A DNA stretch of 64,000 nucleotides from Psammoneis japonica (Eukaryota): assembly GCA_008632985.1 (NCBI GenBank), contig QPGO01000065.1, positions 1 to 64,000 of the forward strand. The letters are read 5' to 3'. Below the pieces are notes generated by a model, which did not search any database, was not told the origin of the DNA, and worked only from the letters and a program-made list of their open reading frames with translations. Position 1 is the first letter of the stretch; every line of letters begins with the position of its first letter. The translations under genes were made by a program, and so were the position numbers. Shown here piece after piece: positions 60,640 to 64,000 of the stretch.

Positions 60640-63600
60640 GAATGGGTTGACAATCAAGCCAGTGATCGGGTTTGCCAACATTTCCAAAAATGTGACAACA
60701 AAAATTGCATCACTCAACAACCAACAACCCCTCAAGAGAAAGAAACAAGAAAAGTGATTCCTCTTTGCACTTGAATTAAAAGAGACAACAATGCACAACA
60801 AATGTTCAAGAAGGACAAGAAGCTCTTGAATGCATGAAACAAGAAGAGAGTCAATGAATCGCTCTTGTTTCGAACCTCTTGCCCTGTTCTCTCCTCCATG
60901 GTGGTTGGTTGAAAGGTTGGTGGTGGTTTTTTGTGAGACTTGCAGCTTGATGCATGTTGATGCATGAACAAATGGCCCATGTGTGGTGTCACCTTTGGAA
61001 TGTGCCACTTGTGGAGCTTGAGTGGACAGCTCTCTGTGCTCAAGCTTTGTCCGCCAAATGCTCCGTCAAAGTCCAGATGCTGCCCCATCCCACCCAACCA
61101 TTGAAAAAAAAACAGTTCTTGCAAAATGCTGTTGCCTGTTTCCCTCTTCCTCTGCAGAGCAGCTCTCTCGGTGACAGTGCCACCCACACACCAGACTGTG
61201 CTCAAGAATGCTTTCCAACCTGCCAGCCAAGACACCCAGCTCGGGGCTGTGTGGGCTCGAATCTCTCTCAAGACACAAGCTGCTGAGCATGTTTCTGGCA
61301 CTGGCGGCAATGCTGAGCCCTCCTTCCTGTTTGACTTCCCAGGGGTGTGCCCAGACTGCCTGCATGCTGGCCCAACCACAAGAGTTGCTGCTCTGCCAGT
61401 TTTGTCAGCAGGATGTGCCAAGGCTGCTCTGGCCATGTGTGCCTGGCTGGCACCACAATGCAAAGACAGGTGCGACAGCACTTTCTGCTGTCAGCAAAGA
61501 GTGTGAGCTGGCTGGACTGCCCAACCCCACACTTCACAGTTCCTTGGCAGTCACTCCAAATCAAGTGCCAGCTTGGGACCAACTGCACCTGGCTGGTTGC
61601 AATGCAAAGACAGCTGTGACAGCAATTTGTGACAACAAGAGAGAGTGTGAGCTGGCTGGGCTCCTGACCCCAGCACAGCCACTTCACAGCCCCTCAGCAC
61701 TGGCTCCCAATCAAGTGCCAACTTGGTGCCAACAGCCACAAAGCCATTGTTGCAGATCTCTGCACCTGGCCCCTCACACAACATGTGTGGCCTTTACAAA
61801 ATGGGCCCCTGGCCAACTGCAGACTCCTCATGGCTTGCAACAAGCCACCACAACACAGAGCATTTTGGGGTGAATGCAGCACAGCTTGAGCAAGCAAGCC
61901 ATGCTGGGAGCACCAAGAGCTGGCTGCTGTCCTGGAGCTCCATTCAAAGCTGAGCTGGGCTGCTTGACTCCTTGGTGGGTGGCACATGCTTGCTTGGCAT
62001 CACATTGTTGCCAAGCAGAGCCACATGGCATGTGCCCACCATTTGTGCCTGCAACAGTGATCCCTGGCCACAAAAAAGCCAACAAAAAGTTGAGCCTGCT
62101 TTTGTGGTTGAAGGGTGAAGAAATTGTGAGTGAGGTTGGGTTCAAGAGTTTGTTGGCAATGCCAAGTGGGCAGCCAAAGAGAGGCACCAAAAATGACTGT
62201 GTGAAGTGTCTCTCACTCATTTCTCAAGAGGAGCTTGTGCTCATGATGCGGGGTCTGAAGCAAGCACCAGTCAAGAGGACAACAATTCTTTCCCTCTCTG
62301 TTCCACCCAAAACACAGCCTTTGAGTCAATGTGGTGCTCCTTCAACAATCGATGCACACACTGGGAGGAGCAGCTGTGGAGCCAGGGCAGCAGGCCTGGC
62401 AGGGCTTGGCTCACAACCAAGCTGGGCTTCTCAGCTTGGCAGCACACACTCAGAGTCACATTGTTGCCCTCCTGCAGCTGCAATGTGCCCCACTCTTTGC
62501 ACCTGCAGCAACCACCCTGGACCAAAAGAAGCCAGTGCAACTCTGGCCCTGGTTGCATGGTCAAATTGTGTGTGTGTTCAACTGTCGGAATCCCCTCCTT
62601 TTTTTCCCTTTTCCTTTAAACCGGCCACGAACATGAAAAAATTGCCGTCGGTTCGCAAAAGAAAATCGGTCCGTTACGTAGGATGCTGTGGGATTTTTAC
62701 GTACAAGTTAGCCTGCTAGTGCAGCAGAGCTGAGCCTGTGTCGCAAAGGTCAAAGCTCAACACTGCAAATGAGAATCACTCTGAATGAGCTGTTTTCGCT
62801 CTAAATAAAAAACAAACAGAGCATTTTGCTCCGATTGCAAGTGCCAAACAATTGATTGTGGCTTTGCTCTGTTCAAGCCACAGTCAGAGCGACATGCTCT
62901 GTGCACAAGACAATCAGAGCAAAATGCCAACATTTGCCCTGTTTGACCGCATTCAGAGGATGCCTTCGATTAAGTGCAATTGTTCAGGGCATTCGCTTCA
63001 AACAACTGCAGCCTCCTGCGACCTTTTACATTCTCAGAGCAAATGGTTTTTCTTCAAAGCAAACGAACAATGAACACACACACACACAACAAGACGTGCA
63101 GCGGAACATGACTCAGGCGGGACTCAGATGATTGGGTCCCATTCACGAATGAAGAGTCACGTGGTTTCTGGTCACAAGAATCACGGCGAACCGGGATGTT
63201 TGCGATCCAGGGACGATGGTCCCCCGTGATGTTTGACGTGACGTTTGGACATGTTGCTTTTAGTTTGACAGGACTGCAACTCAGAAGAAGCAGAAAAGCA
63301 GATTGTAATTTAGCGAGAGTGAGAAAAGTGAAGACTGTTAATTTTAGTTTTGTGTGCCACTGACAAGGTGCCAGTGGTGTCGGCATCTGGTTGTCCAACA
63401 AAGACGCAATGATGGACGATTCAAAGCGTCATTGGCGCATGTGCACGCATGCATTCATGGTTGCCAGTCAATGCTCGTAATCTCATTTTTGTTTGTGGCG
63501 ATCTCGACGAGCATCGTTGTTGCTCTGTTGTTGTCATTTGTCGCCTGTGTCAGCGCATCGCACACACAACACAATTTTTGCATTTCCGCCTTTGTCTGCA

Positions 63601-64000
63601 CAAGTCATGGCCTCCACAGCCTTCTCCATGTGCTGCAAACATTGCTTCTCGACTGTTCCATTGACTCAACATGACAACTCCAACAGCATCGTAAACATGG
63701 GTGATTGCCTCCATTCCGGCAAATGTCTCAACCCGGAGTGTTCAGTTGATTCCTTTTTTGTCTGCGAATGCTGCTGGAACAGCAGCAACACAAACAGCGG
63801 TGGTCGTCATCTTCCAATTCTCAAAGATTGGAAAACCTGCATTGAGCACGCCAAAACTCCAACTCATGTGCAATCCTTTGAAGCTTTGAAAGCCGCACCA
63901 ACAAGCAGTGCAAATGCCATGTGTGCGCCGGCGGAGCCTGCACATGACGAATGTTGGTGCAACGATGACAATGACGCCTCTGTTTCCGAGAGCAAGGAGC
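60640..64000. mobile_element. TpA-depleted degenerate repeat block(s), family unassigned; short TA-containing island at about 62615..62720
   Basis: Near absence of TA (and of CG in about 61.3-62.55 kb), dense Cys/His-rich ORFs, and an internal repeat (61499..61578 similar to 61643..61730). Runs off the window. Confidence 0.55.

Noticed and set aside
7550..64000. Classical RIP or CpG deamination as the sole cause of TG/CA richness
   Set aside because: RIP creates TpA and CpG decay leaves TpA untouched. The nested Copia has lost TpA while keeping CpG. CpG decay is accepted only as a second, additional process.
63300..64000. Possible hAT-like transposase remnant on the minus strand
   Set aside because: No diagnostic motif could be read and the region is cut by the window end; left as an unassigned TA-depleted repeat.

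Overview
This is eukaryotic DNA with GT-AG introns, most likely from a diatom or related ochrophyte (inferred from bipartite plastid-targeting-like N-termini and the retroelement types). Gene-bearing segments of ordinary composition are 1-5.6 kb, 11.8-25.9 kb and 53.9-60.6 kb. They hold a SOUL haem-binding protein, a membrane/coiled-coil protein, a carotenoid cleavage dioxygenase, a DYRK/YAK1-like kinase remnant, a CCCH zinc-finger remnant and an internally deleted segmental duplicate. These alternate with nested transposon blocks (about 7.55-11.7, 25.9-53.9 and 60.6-64 kb) containing CRE-like LINEs, a Gypsy element, a Copia nested in another Copia, and two non-autonomous TIR elements. The main signal is that TpA has been almost completely removed from the transposon blocks by TA>TG and TA>CA transitions (A:T>G:C on either strand), the opposite direction to fungal RIP. 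Four internal comparisons support post-insertion, DNA-level mutation. First, conserved Tyr residues read Cys/His in four element families. Second, the two LTRs of one element differ only by transitions concentrated at these sites. Third, a tandem duplicate reads TGT versus CAT at a conserved Tyr codon. Fourth, the change leaks into host DNA next to the blocks. This points to a transposon-targeted TpA hypermutation system that I do not recognise as described. No gene for the responsible enzyme is visible in the window. All counts are manual.
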